Assembly: GCA_973895155.1 (NCBI GenBank) | Contig: OZ316893.1 | Span: forward strand, 13,842,359 to 13,906,358 | Source: Marsupella aquatica | Taxonomy: Eukaryota; Plantae; Marchantiophyta | DNA length: 64,000 nucleotides | Direction of reading: 5' to 3' | Shown: positions 23,551 to 37,150 of the stretch, in pieces | How positions within the stretch are numbered: the first letter of the stretch is position 1 | Layout: every line of letters starts with the position of its first letter | The notes under the pieces: model-generated | Told to the model about the DNA's origin: nothing | Databases searched by the model: none | What the model saw: the letters and a program-made list of their open reading frames with translations, nothing else | Made by a program: the position numbers and the translations under genes

Positions 23551-26500
23551 AGCCACTCCCATACAAAGCCACACTTGCTTCCTAACGTGACGGTTGCTCA
23601 ACAGTCCTCACTATCTACATAAGCAACCAAGCACCTTGGTAAGTAACCCATAGGATCTAGGCCGTCCAAGTCTAGCATCCTAACTCAAGCTCATTGGTAA
23701 GTAGGTCAGCGAATAGATCGAACCCCGGGCCCACATGGCCTTGCCATAAACCAAAGCCAGAGTCAGCACCCATTGTTTGTCCAAAACAACGTCTCTTTGG
23801 GTGCCGCCCATGATTCCCCAATTTCTATCCGTCACTAGTTGCCTGCCCTGCCCCCAAGATATGCTCATGGCCCAAATAGTTTAGTTTGTCCCAAAGCTTG
23901 TCCTAAAACATCGGGACCCCAATCAGGACCAGATTGGTCCCCGACTCTAGCAACCAACTCCAAGATTCTTGATCAAGTAATAGTCTAGGGGCCACATGCA
24001 CTTGAATGTCAACCTCCATGCCTACTCTACTTTGCCTTCCCAATGCAAGCTCCCGTGGGAGACTGGACATGGCTTGGCTGTTGTTTTAGCAAGATTTGGC
24101 AAGTGAGCGAGATAGTCCCCACAAACCCCAAGAATCCATGGCACCCCCAGACTCAGCTGAGCTCAAGAGGATGTATTCTTTCTCAAGAGATTTCCAACAC
24201 AACCAACAAGTCCCCTAACAAACTTCCGTTGAGGAGTTATCGTTTTTTTTGTTTGGCGTTCCTCTGGTGTTGCGACCCTCGCGGCTCACGACTTGGACTC
24301 GCCCTTGGCCCCCAGAGAGACACCACTCCCCTCATATATGCTTTGGAGACCTGACACCCCTGGACCGACTTTGGTTCCCTATATTTGGCCTTTAACTTGG
24401 ACTCCAACCCACACGCAGGGGCACGCAACTAACTTGCTAGCTAGACGTCCGTAGGTGGAGTGCCTTAGCCCGTTGTGATTGGGCTGACCTAGTGATCATG
24501 CTTAGGCCCTCAGAACCAGTTGTCACTCAAGGATCTCAAATGGTCGCACCTGGGCCACGCTGTATTTCATGCGCCAAACATCCATTGCGCATGAAGTAAA
24601 TTTTGCTAGCCTTGGGTCCAAGAGGAGCTTTCACTCAAGCCCTCAAAGCTCAAAGTCCATCTGGGGGTCCGGACGGTCCAACCTAAGCCCACCCCCTTCC
24701 CATAACTTGACCAGTCCCCAACTAGTCTAGGTCCTTAATGTGCGTTACCAGCTTAGCGCCTTGCCCTTGCTACTAGTGCCATGCCTTGTTGCCCACTAGT
24801 CTCCCCATACTTAGTCCCCATCGAATGGCCGTTCGGAGGGCTTGGACCATAAAGGAGCTCGGCGTTAGTGACGTCAGTGCTAAGTGTTAAGGTAGTCAAG
24901 TTCCACGACTATTACCAATGAGATCATGTGTTGAGATCCATCCCAAGATCCATTTGGTTCCTATAAGTTTGAGAAATGGGTTGAGGGCCATTTGGACTCA
25001 AACTTCCAAGTTACCTACAATCAAATGTTGAGAGGAATGAAATAAAGAATTTGGAAACGACATTCCTGTATTGGAATGTTTGGGTTGGGTTTATAATTAG
25101 ACAATGATTTGGAGACAAATAGGAGATAAATCATGAGTGGCGACATGGAAACAATCTACAATTGAAGTTGATTTAGACAATTAGCTTTGATGAACATGAA
25201 GGTACAAGCAATTCAAAGATAGGGATAAGTAGGATGAGCGCTAATACCAAGATGCAAATTTCTCTCTTCCAACTTACTCCATGACCCTACATGTTTTGTT
25301 CACATAATCATAGGTGGTCACGTAAGGCGCATGCAATGAGGCATTTGACCTTGCAAATAAACTTGATACTCACAACACTTAATGTTTTTTCCAAGGACAT
25401 GTCTCTCATTGAATTCTTGGGGGGGAAGACTTAAGAATTTTCTCAGAAGAACAACAGGGTCTTTTAAATCCAATTTTGAGACTTATATAAGAACACAGGG
25501 GTCTTTTTAATCAAAATTTTAGAATATTCCAAATATATATGGCTTTAAAAATAAGAAAAAATCTTACATTTTAGGGAGGCGCAAGGACTAAAAATGTTGC
25601 AGGTGAGAGGGAGGTCTCTATATAGTGAGACCCCCCAAATTGAAGTTAAGAATCTTTATAGGGAGATGGGGTCCACAAACTAATTGAGTTATGGTTCAAA
25701 AGACCTGTTGATTCCTCTAGACTCCAAGTTTTTGGTTGTGCTGCCTATATTCACCTTGAGCAGACACACAAGCCTAAGTTGGATCCCAAATCTAAGAAAT
25801 GTATTTTTTTGGGCTTCCGTCCCAGGCAAAAAGACTATGAATTGTAAGATCCTATTGCTTTCAAGGCAATTGTGAGGAGAAATGTTGTTTTGATGAAGAA
25901 TGGTTTTCAAGATCCCAAGATGATCATGAGGAGGAGGCATAGGAGCCCACTAAGGTGGAGCTTGATGGTGTTGAGGAAGTTGTTCACCCCTTTCATTGGT
26001 AGAGGTGCAGTTCCTCAACTAAGGAGCTCCACAAGGGCCAATTTGGTCAACCGCCTGATAGATTTGGTTTTCTCAGATCCTTGTGTTCACTTGGTTGAGC
26101 ACGACAATGATCCCACTTGAGGTCATTTTTCTCACTTAGGATGAAGACCTCTCTCGCTATGAAGAAGCTAGATGGGCTTTCCAGAGAAGTATAAGTGGAT
26201 GGAGGCAATTTTGAAGGAAATGAATTCTTTGAAGATGAATTCAACATGGCTTCCAATGGACATGCATTGCGGGAAGACATTCATTTTGTGTAGAGGGTTG
26301 TACAAGAAGAAACATAATGGCATGTACATGACAAACCTTGTGGCCAAAAGGTACACCCAAAAGGTCCAGAGGGCTTGGACTACACAAAAAAATTCTCACC
26401 AAGTGTCAAATTTGCTACTATTCGTGCTTTACTTGCAACTATGGCATTCTATGATCTTGAGTTAGATCAAAATAATGGATATAAATAATTACTACTTTCA

Positions 26501-28414
26501 TGCATGGATTGTCTAATGTGGAGATATATATGACTCAGCTTCCAAATTTTATTGACGAGAAGACTAGACACTTGGTGTGTCAACTTTTGCATTTGTAATA
26601 TATGGTTTGAAGTAGAGTCCCCCAAAGTGTAATGTGTTCCGTCCCATTGTCCTCTAAACCCAAAAACCTTCCTAAACAAGTCGATTCCTACCGGTTTTGG
26701 TCTTGCCAAGGCCAATTCCACTACTTATTGGCATGGGATGTTGCTAACTTCTTACCCACATATACTGGACAGTTCCTTCATTGGGTCATGAGGTATGTTG
26801 CCGGCCTACTCTATGCCTCTCCTATTCTTCCCTTCCTGGTCGTTCGTCACGTATATTTGGATTTTGCCCCCGGAATGATGCCCAATTGGCTTGGGTAGGC
26901 GCTAAGCCCTCTCTCAGCTCGACACATCCAACTCTTACTGCTTCTTAGTTACAACTTTTCTTACCCCCTTTCTCTCCTATAGTTGGTGTGGGAAATCTTC
27001 ACACAAGTTGATGCGACACACAAATAGAAAGATGACTGTTACTGATTAAGTTATACTTGACGCACATCCATAAAATCAGTACTTCTCATACACAAGACCT
27101 GCAAACTAAGCCGATAGGCCAACTCTATTCAGCTCAAGAGTGTGAGGAAACATGAATATACGCAAGGCTCACTATATAACTCATTGAGAGCTTCATTTAC
27201 TAAATGATCCCAGCCTTTGCTGGTGCACTAAAAATTTGTTAAGAAAAAAGCCCTGAACTCCCTGCTGTGCAGGTATTTATCTTGGCAGCGCACCTACTAT
27301 TTCCTTGCAGCATAAGTCTAATCTATTCTAACTATACTCTACCTATATACAGCGGGGCAAGAGCACAAGTGTTGCTCTTACCAACGGATCCGCAATATAT
27401 CCTACTAATCTAAGTGTAAGGGCCGCCTCTTGGCCCCGATCATAATCCTAAATCTGGAGGTTTGCGCCTACCTTGCCCACTCATGCCTCCTTCCTCCATG
27501 TCCGCCCTCCCTAAAAGGGATGGCCCTCCACCACCGTCATGGCAGCGATGGCTCATCCCCAATGAACGCCCCCAATCCTCCCTCTGTGGCCAATGTCATA
27601 GGTCCATCCTCTAACAGATTACCTGCTCTTGACCGGGTCAACCCCGCATGTTCTCGGCGTTCTTTGGTCCACCCCCGGCCTCAGCCTTGTCTTTGGCTTC
27701 CGTTGCCACCATGGCCTACAAAAGTGGTGGGACTGTTATTGAGGCATCGGCACTAGTAGTCCCAACATCCCCCTCCTTGCCATAGCAGTATTCCTCATAG
27801 GCTTGTCCTACGAGGCGGGTTGTCTCCTCTTCCCAAGGTTGCGTTTAATGCCTATCAACAATTGGCATCCTTGTGTCAACTCCCGTCATGGCCACTCCTA
27901 GTTGGTCTTCTTGACCGACTTGTGATGTCGAGGGACATTGCCTCCTATGCACATTGGCATATCCTTCTCATGCTTGCTAGGTATGTAGTTAGGGCCACTG
28001 CTTGATTAAGCGACATATTCTTATAGCAAATTCAAGACATTCTTGAAGCAAACGCGCTTGTTAGTGTGACATTGGGATTTTGCTTACTTAGAGCACTCCC
28101 ACCCGGCCCCGCCAAATTGACGCGGCATTGTCAAAAGTAGCCAGCCAAATGAGACTCGGCGTTCCAGCCTTAAGACCCGCCCCGGTCACATACCCCACCG
28201 CTGCACCAAAATTCTTGCACCAAACACTCACGTAGTTCGAACTGGGCGAGCTTGAGTTAAAACCGCACATTGAGAAATGAGTGATTCAAAACTTGGTCAC
28301 AATGTTGATTTGAAACACGACAACCATCAAATGTCATAGTTTGTGCGGGCTTCATCTCAGTTCTTTTGCTTGTCATCACCAATCTTTTCAAGAGTGTCGA
28401 GCCCAAGCAATGCC

Positions 28415-29755
28415 ATGACCTCGCACCAAGATTGGCGTGTAAAATTTCAGAAGCAGATACAAGATGAATTGGCAGAACTTGAAGTAGAGCAAAAATTGTG
28501 GGAAGATACAACAATCAATGGACCACTGAATCTGATGGACTGGTACAATCGGCACAAGGTATGTGTGCATGGTGGATCAAGGCCAGGGAAATCACCTAAC
28601 ATTGATCGTGACTCGGAGGTAGGGCACAAACGTATATGGGATGACTATTTTTGAGTCAATCCTATTTACACAGATGCTCACTTTAGGTGTCGATTTAGAA
28701 TGAGAAGGCACATGTTTTGGAAGATTCATAATGCTATCTGTGAACACGATGAATATTTCATCCAAAAGCGAGATGTTGCTGGAAAATTGGGTCTTTCTTC
28801 AATTCAGAATATTACTGCTGCTCTTCGGCAGCTTTCACTCGGGGTTTCTGTTGATGCCATGGACGAGTACTATTGAATTGCAGAAACTACTGCATTGGAC
28901 TCTCTAAAGAATTTTTGTAGGGCCATACGTGAGGTGTTTGAGGCACATTATCTCAGACAACCCACCAAATCTAACTTGGAGAGACAATTCTTGATCAATG
29001 AAGCCAGAGGATTCCCTGGAATGTTTGGCTCTTTAGATTGTATGCACTACAGATGAAAAAATTGCCCTGTTGCCTGGCAAGGCCTTTTCGCAAACAAAGA
29101 CAGGGAGAAATCAATTGTCCTAGAAGCAATAGCAGATTAGTCATTGTGGTTTTGGCATGCATATTTTGGACTTCCTGGATGCAACGACGACCTTAATGTA
29201 CTGGACAGATCACCCTTGGTGAACAATATGCTCAGGAGTGAAGCACATAACTGCAAATTCAAAGTCAATGGAGTAGAGTATAATAGATACTACCTCCTCA
29301 CAAATGGGATCTATCCAGAATGGTCAATTTTTGTTAAAACTATTGCGCTGCCACAAGGAGAGGCCAGGAAGTGGTTTGCAAAATGTCAGGAATGAGCAAG
29401 GAAGGATGTCGAGAGAGCATTTGGAGTTCTTCAAGCGAGATTTGCAATTATTCAAAATCCTGCACGAATTCATTCTAGTGCTGTGATCAAAGACATATGC
29501 ATAGCATGTGTTATTTTACATAACATGATTGTTGAGGACAAAGGAGACGAAAAGCTGCCTCAAGATTGGGACCAAAGGCCAGGGGCAAGGAGCCATGGAA
29601 GCCTACTTCCGACTTCTGACTGGAAACAATATATGGCAGCCACTCGAACAATCCATGATTCAGAGACACATTACATGCTACGAAATGATTTAGTTGAGCA
29701 CTTGTGGAATCTGAAAGGCGAAGGTCATAGATTTGATTATGTCAGTCAAGTTTAG
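28415..29755 (+). pseudogene. PIF/Harbinger DDE transposase (HARBI1/ALP1-like) with several stops
   Basis: FRCRFRM, GMFGSLDCMH, WHAYFGLPGCNDDLNVLDRSP, YYLLTNGIYPEW, RKDVERAFGVLQARF, ACVILHNMIVED, LRNDLVEHLW. Confidence 0.92.
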
Positions 29756-30884
29756 AAACTAGGCCCAAGACAGACATGTACGAATGTGTTAAAACTTGTA
29801 TTGAAACTTGCACCATTTGTGCTCCTTCATTCAAATTGACTGCCTACAAAAGTGGCATTGTGTACAACCCTACCTCTCTAAATAAAATAAAATTCCTGCT
29901 TGTAACTTACACAATGCTGAACAAAGTCGGGGCTAGAGGTCAAAGCCAAGCTGTAAAATTGGCAATTCCACTTGACTAAAACTATCCCAGAGTGCCTGAA
30001 AATCTTTGCTCACTGTAGAGCTTGTGTAAATACACAAAAGTGGCATTATGGATTACTCAATCCTTTGGCCACTTCCACACATATCCACCATACCGTCACC
30101 CATCATCCGAATCCCCTTCATCTTCCTTATGTTCCTCCCGAGCTATTTCTCTCTGTCATTGCTTCCCATCGCTTGTATCTTTGCTCTGCATGTTCACGTC
30201 TAGCAGCCTCCTCGGTCGAGAGTTGCTCCGAAATTGACGCCCTCCACTGCTTCCTGACCTCTTCCTCATGACTGATCCAGGATGAGGGCTGTGGAACTAC
30301 GATTGCTGGTGCAGGATTAGGTCTTGTTGGACCAGCTCCAGTACGCACTCCCTCACAAGGTTTCAATACAGGAAGTGAAAGGTTTGAATGATCGGCAGCA
30401 GCCTCATCAGCAAGGCCAGGCACGGAAGATCCTCTCGCACTCTCCGTTGCTTGAATGCTTCCCTAAACTCTGCAAAGTGATGGTAATGAAATAAAGCAAA
30501 GCTTGACAAGGTAGTAGACAAAGCTTTCACGAGATCGATGAAATGAGGCAATAACAAAGTGCGAGCAAACACCTGCAGCCAAGGTCTTGTAGAGATTCTG
30601 TGAGGGTCGGGGCTGATGTTGTATGTAGGCGTTTTTGTACTATAGGAGAAGATTTTGAGAAGGTCCCTGTCTCTCCTTTCGTGGTCTATCGCTGGTTCAC
30701 GGTTTGCAAGGGCTCTCAATGTACTCAACACGGGAGAAATGAAAGAATGGACGCAGTGTCATTTATTACTTAAATCCGTTCATGAGAGCACACACATGCT
30801 TCTCATTATTAATACATAGCAGAGGAGTCCTCTGTACAAATTAAGAAATCTCCACTAGGAATAAAAGATGAAACTCTGCCTCAA

Positions 30885-31312
30885 GAGTAAAGTAACATCG
30901 TCAGTTATCAGTTCTTTCCATCAGTCGACCTGATATCAGTTGTCACATCATCTCAGAGAGGCCACCAAGATGCGGCGCCAAAAAAAATGCAAATTTTAAA
31001 AAATAAAATTCTCAAAATTTGATGAATAAAAAAAAAATGAAATTTTTTTCACTATGGGTGTTCGTACCGTACGGACATCGCTTCTTGGCGGGGACACCAA
31101 ATTTCCACAATTTTTTTTTCTATTTTTCTTTGTTTTGAAATTTTCAAGAAAATAATTTTAAAAAAAAAATTTCCCATTTTTTTTGTCCGCTCGCCAATCT
31201 CGGCGAGGTCAGCTGAGATGCATGGAAATGCAAAGTCGTCATCTCAGTTGCTCAGCTAAGATTCCAAAAAATTTCTGCGGAAAAATTGATAACTGATGAT
31301 CCTCGCTACCCC
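30885..31312. mobile_element. Mutator-like MITE inside the Harbinger
   Basis: 9-bp TSD CTGCCTCAA (30876-30884 / 31313-31321). G-initiated imperfect TIRs containing ATCRTCAGTTATCA. Confidence 0.75.
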
Positions 31313-31377
31313 CTGCCTCAAAAAGAAAACAAATCTTCTTTTATAGACTCCAAAACTATTGCAAAACCCAATTCACA

Positions 31378-32440
31378 CTACGCCAGGTCTTTGTACACAT
31401 GTGGTCTCCTATTGGGATCAAAGCCTCCTGTACAACTTGTATCAACACCTACAAAATGAAGGGCTTGTGGAATCATTGTAGGAGGTGTGTGCATAGGTCC
31501 AATTGGCTCCTGGCCAGGCACCTCAACTGGAATTGACACCTCCACAGGCGCTGGTGCACTTTGAAAAGCTATGGTTGGAGTATGTGTGGCGCCCTGAATA
31601 TCTGTCGACTCCTTTTCATATGCAACCTTGAATTTCTGAAGCTCCCGAGCTCTCCATTGCTTGAATTCCTGTCTGTAATCATCATCCACTTCTGCTGCCC
31701 TCATGGTGAACAAATTGTGAATGCTCTGATCCTGGAGTAGCTTCAAACATTTTGAATTGGTGAATGCCATATCCCTTTGGGCGTAAGCTGCAATCCGAAA
31801 AGCAAACTCCTCACTCTTCAGCTTTTTGGCAGCCTTGTTGCCCATGGGTCGTCCATTGCTGCTAAATTCCCCAGCAACACTATTATCACAATCATTTGGG
31901 TTTATGATTTCTGTAGGAAAATAGGGGGTGGGGGGTACATTCTCCTTGTCTGTAGGCGATGCCTTCCCCTTATCTGCTACAAAGCCCTTTCCTTTTGCCT
32001 TCTTGCCCTTTTGTTTATCTGCCATGTCTTCTATAGAATGGGAGAAACGTGGGCAATCTTTCAACAAGTACCAGCAGTCCATGAAAGAAAAATCCTTCCC
32101 CTTTGGATGTTGTGCCTGATAATGCTCTCTTGCCTTCTGCAAAGTATCTTCCTGATTGGAACCAGAAAGCCTCAGATCTTCTAGATTGGCATACAAACCC
32201 AAAAACTTTGCAATGTCATGCTTCAAATCTCCCCATTTGCTCTCGAGTGATCTTGAGCCTCTCTCTTGGGTACCTCTCGGCCTGTGTTGATTGTAGTGGC
32301 CAGCGACACGATCCCAAAAAGCTTGATTTTTTTGCCCTGCCCCCACAATAGGATCCTATCCTATGTTCACCCACGACATACACAATTGTTTAAACTCTCC
32401 AGACAAAAGTTTTTTGCCCGCGCGCACTATTCGTTGCCAT
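31378..32440 (-). pseudogene. Harbinger Myb/SANT-like DNA-binding protein (NAM-associated type)
   Basis: LCMSWVNIG*DPIVGAGQKNQAFWDRV...SLESKW...F.FMDCWYLLKDCPRF...RPMGNKAAK. Stop and frameshift in the 5' part. Confidence 0.85.
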
Positions 32441-35411
32441 CTTTGCCAAGGCCCACTCGAGCTTGACAACGTGCAGTAGCCCATGCAATGCGATAGTGCA
32501 GAAGCTCGTGCGATGTGACAGTGCAGAAGCGAGGAAAACTTTGTTGCAGGATTGGATCACGAGGTCCTTGCAACGCCGGACCACGGTGGGAACAGCAACA
32601 ATTGAAATTGTTGGATGGAGGCAAGACTAGGTAATCTGGGCCATTGCTAAAGGATGCCGCGCAACTTTGGAGTTTCTCCCAGCCCGCTTGTTGAGCGTAG
32701 GAGTGCCATGGCAAGAGGTGAAAAAGGTGGGGCGGGGCCGATAGGATTAGGGCTACGGGCGCCGGTGGGGGACGACATCGGTGGCATCCCCGCCAAATAC
32801 TGTCGGACCGCTCAGTATAGCGGACCAGTGGGAATGCTCTCAGGGCATGTCTTTCTTTGTTGGTTTTCAATTTTTCTTGAATTGTTGTTGACAGAGCTCA
32901 GACAGTGTTGGTCGGTTCCCACAATGATTCAATAGATGGTCCCGACCAATCTTGGCATCCTACTAGTTTTTGATTCAATTTCAATTTCCCTCTAGATATC
33001 CAGCTTGTCCAACACCGACACTTAACCCTTCTTGGCTCCCTTGATTTGATCATATCTAGTTGGGAATGCCAAGGGTTTTCAGCTACTGGTGACGGCACTG
33101 GAGTTACATGATTCCCGTTCTGGCCTTTCCACAACATTGGTTCAGGTTCTCACCTGGGCTCAATCACTTTACCCTGCTGTTGGTTATATCATTGAGAATA
33201 CTCCATCTTAGTTTGACCAATGTCCACAGGTCAAAGAGGATTTTAGTGTGGTCCACTTTGACGTGTGGACATTGGCCACCCCTTCTCATTGATGTGGTGC
33301 ACTGTGGTTCTTATGCACATCATCTTTGTAACTTTTGGACCAACCTTGCCCCACATTCCTTGTTGGAGTTAGCTCTTCACCACACATCCAAGGACAATAA
33401 CCTCACAGTGGACCATTTTTTGGATCCAACCAGTTCCTGCCAACCAGTTACACGGCAAGAGCCAACCCCTTGGTATCCAGCCAATACCATTGGAGAGCCC
33501 CATACTGCTTGGCCTACATTTGTGTCCTTTCCAGGTGCACATGCTTTTCACTCAGGGTGATGGTCCTGGCATGGTTTATCGACATTCTACTGGTACATGG
33601 GATGAACCTAGTCGTGAGGAGAGAGAATAGGCTATGGGCTTCCAACCTGGTACTACAAGCCACACCAAAATCACCGGGTTGGCCAAAAATGTTTACTTGG
33701 CTGGGTGATGGGTCTCAATACTCTTACTTTGCTTCTGGTCACTTGCATCCTTTTTCAGATGTACATTCATCCAGCATCAGGAGTTCAAGCCCTACCACTC
33801 CAGGGTGCTGCTACATGGCATCCGGACCAGATGTACTTACCTCTGTTCAACACTCACCGCTTCAGTCCAAGTGTTTGGGGGGAGGAGGTCCCTTGACATA
33901 ACATGGCTTTCATTATTTATGAGTTTCATAGTGTGGACCAATTCAGATCAACAGGTACAACAGGCCTTGGAGAGGCCTCATCACCTTATCAGCAGCATGC
34001 CAGCATCTTGGACATTGGAGAGGCTAGCAATTCTGGCTTTTCAAGCATGAGTACATCGATCAGGTCCTATTCCTAGTGTTGCCAACTACACATTCATCAT
34101 GGGCAACCACCTGAGTAAAAGACAGAAGGACCAGTTGCTAAATTTCCTTCTCAAAAATGAGAACGTGTTTGCTTTCTCTATGAAGGATTTGGGTAAGTAC
34201 AACACTATGCAGTTCTCTATTGAGTTGGTTGATGAAACACCTATCTTCAGGCGGAGACACCATTTGAGGAAGCATGAGTGGCAGCTGGTGGATGAGAGGT
34301 GTCCAGGGCTCTATGAAGCTGGTCTTATTTAGCTATCTACATCAGATTTTGCAGTAGCTACAGTGATGCCAGCAAAGAAGGATTCCAGTGGATTGTGGAT
34401 AGAGGAGCACATGTGTGGAGACTACAAGCCACTAAACCTGGTCACACCCCAGGATAGGTACCCCATGCCACGGCTAGAGGAGCTATTTTGACAGCATTGG
34501 AGGCTCAGACATCTTCACTCTTGTGGATGTAAGGCAAAACTTTAACCAGATTTTGTTGCTTGCAAAGGATCGCAAGAAAACAACTTTCCATGGTAGTAAC
34601 CAACTATGGGAGGGGTTGGTGATGTCATTTGGCTTGAAGAATGCACCCATATTCTTTCAAAGAATCATGGACCAGATTTTTAAAGGTGCTGAGTTTATGA
34701 AATGCTAGTACATTGATGATGTGTTGGTCCACAACAAAGGATTTGACCAACATCTACTTGACCTTGAGGAGCTAACCATGAGGCTTACGAAGATGAACCT
34801 AAAAATACACCCCAAGAAGTGTGAATTTGCTGTCAAATAAGTAGTATATCTTGGGCACCGCATTCTTCCAAATGGAACCATGGCTCACTAGGCCAAGGTG
34901 GTGTCCATCTTGGAAATTATGCCCACTCCTGATGTTCACACTCTTAGGAGCTTTACTTGGTTGTGCAATTACTGTCGGATCTACATGCATCAAAGATTTC
35001 AGTACCATTGCACACCCATTGTACGCTTTGTTGAAAAAGAATGTGTCTTGGACATGGAGTACAGATGCTGAGGCAACATTTGCCACTTTGAAGGAGAAGT
35101 TGTCAAAATACCCGGTGTTGAGAAGACCTGATTTCAACAAGGTCTTTGTGCTCACACAGATTGGAGTGCCCTTGGGATTGGTGCCATCATCGGCCAACAT
35201 GATGAGGAAGGTAAGGAGTACGTCATTGCCTATGCATCCAAAAGCAACAATCAGGCCGAGAGTCATTATTCTTCTTATGAGAGTGAATGTCTTGTTGTTA
35301 TGTGGGCTGTCATACATTATAGGCCCTACCTCTATGGGACCAGGTTTACTCTCTACACCAACCACCAGCCCTTGAAGTGGTTGATGACTAACGCCAAGCT
35401 TACTAGCAAGC

Positions 35412-35686
35412 CTTGGGGGGTTGACTATCAAAATCTTAAGAACCGCGTGCAATCCAAAAAAGATATTTTTGATAGAAATTAACTAAAAAGCGTAGGAGGC
35501 AAAAGAAGGTCTTATAAACTCATGTTTATAGAATATTCTCTAATATGTATCTTTTGTAAAGTAAAATAGGTTATTAATATTGAAAATAGAGAATATTCTT
35601 GGATTTTTTTTATAAAATAGGTCTATTTATATTAGGCTAAGATCGCACATGGTACCCCAAAACATATACTTAGTTAACCCCCCGAG
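35412..35686. mobile_element. 275-bp MITE with 8-bp TSD (hAT-like) in the RNase H of element A copy 2
   Basis: TIR CTYGGGGGGTTRACTA; TSD TAGCAAGC / TGGCAAGC. The empty site ACTGGCAAGCTTGC is in copy 1 (~17013). Confidence 0.88.
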
Positions 35687-37150
35687 TGGCAAGCTTGCTC
35701 GTTGGGCGCTCATAGTCCAGGAGTATGACTTTGAGGTAATTCATAGGCCTGGTGTGACACATCAGAATATTGACACTATGTCCCGTAGCCCTTTGATTAC
35801 CTCTAATGATTCTCCAAATGCACGGCAGGATTTTAGCTAGGTTTCCATCCTACCTACATTTCATGCATCTACCTATCTTGCTTTGCTACCATGCTATGTT
35901 GTTGACCAACCAGTGGTGGACATGTGGAAGAACATCGACACTATGAGATTTCTTCAGCATGGGGAGTACCCCACACATGTAACTATAGCCTAGAGAGACC
36001 GCATTCAACAAAGGCCGAAGCGTTACTTGTGGAAGGGAGATCATCTTGTGTGTTGTTTGTCAGATAGGGAAGTGGTGGTTCAACCCATTCATGAGAGGAT
36101 TGGCCTTATTTGTAAGGCACATTCCGAGCTTGGTCATTTTGGCGTTAAGAGGACTTACAACCTCTTGGTCCCCCATTATCATTGGAGAGGCAGGCATGGC
36201 CAGGTTCAGGATGTTATTGCCCAGTGTGAACAATGTGATAGGATGAGGACTTCTTTCACATCTCGGCAATCCACACTTCATCCACTAGGCATGTTTTATT
36301 GCTGGCCCCTTACATCTTGAGGTAATCTCTACATTATGACCATGATAGAGTATTTCTCCAAGTGGATAGAACTTATGGCATTGCCGGATAAGACCTCTCA
36401 TAGCACCAGCCAGACATTCCTTCAACAAGTTCTCAGCCGCTTTGGAGCTTGTGCAGAACGTCTCATTGACCAGCGATCAGAGTTTAGAGGGGAATTCCAG
36501 GAGTTGCTTGGTCAGGCCCTCATTGATCATCATCGGATGTCACGAGATCACCCACAAGTAGATGGCTTGGCAGAGCGCATGGTTTAGACATGCAAGAAGA
36601 GGGTTGCTCTATTCAGAAGGGTTATGCTCCTGGCCATGGAGAATTTGGCCATTGCACAACACAGGGACACACTGCGTTATGCACACACACACGAGGGGAC
36701 AGTTTTCAACCCAAGGTCAAGAAGTTTGAAGTGGGAGATTTTGTGTACTTGCAGCAGCAAGCCAACAATACCCTGGACACCTCTATTAGTCGTACTATTC
36801 TCAGGGTTAAGGCTATTTGACCGTCTGGAGTGCTAGAGTTACAATGAGCAGATGGGCGCACAATTGCTGACAATGCCAAGAACTACGACCCTTGCCATCT
36901 GCCTAACTTGAATCCCACCATTGTGACTTCTACCTAGATTTCACTTATGGACTACCCGTGCAAAGTGTGTTTGCAAATTGACAATGCTAACCAGATGCTA
37001 CTATATGACAATTGCAATGGAGGGTACCATCTTTTTTTCCTTTGGCATGAACTTACCCAAGTGCTAGAGGGGTTATGGTTTTGCCCTTCGTGTGCTCCCA
37101 GTATTACCTGAATTTTCTTTAGCCCTCCTTTTGGCTGTGGTTTGGGGGGG

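Larger units (their letters stand above)
28091..32839. mobile_element. PIF/Harbinger DNA transposon inserted in segment A of element A copy 2
   Basis: TIRs GAGCACTCCCAC / GTGGGAATGCTC; TSD TTA / TCA at the empty-site sequence ACTTAGGGCATG. Convergent transposase and Myb/SANT-like genes. Confidence 0.92.
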
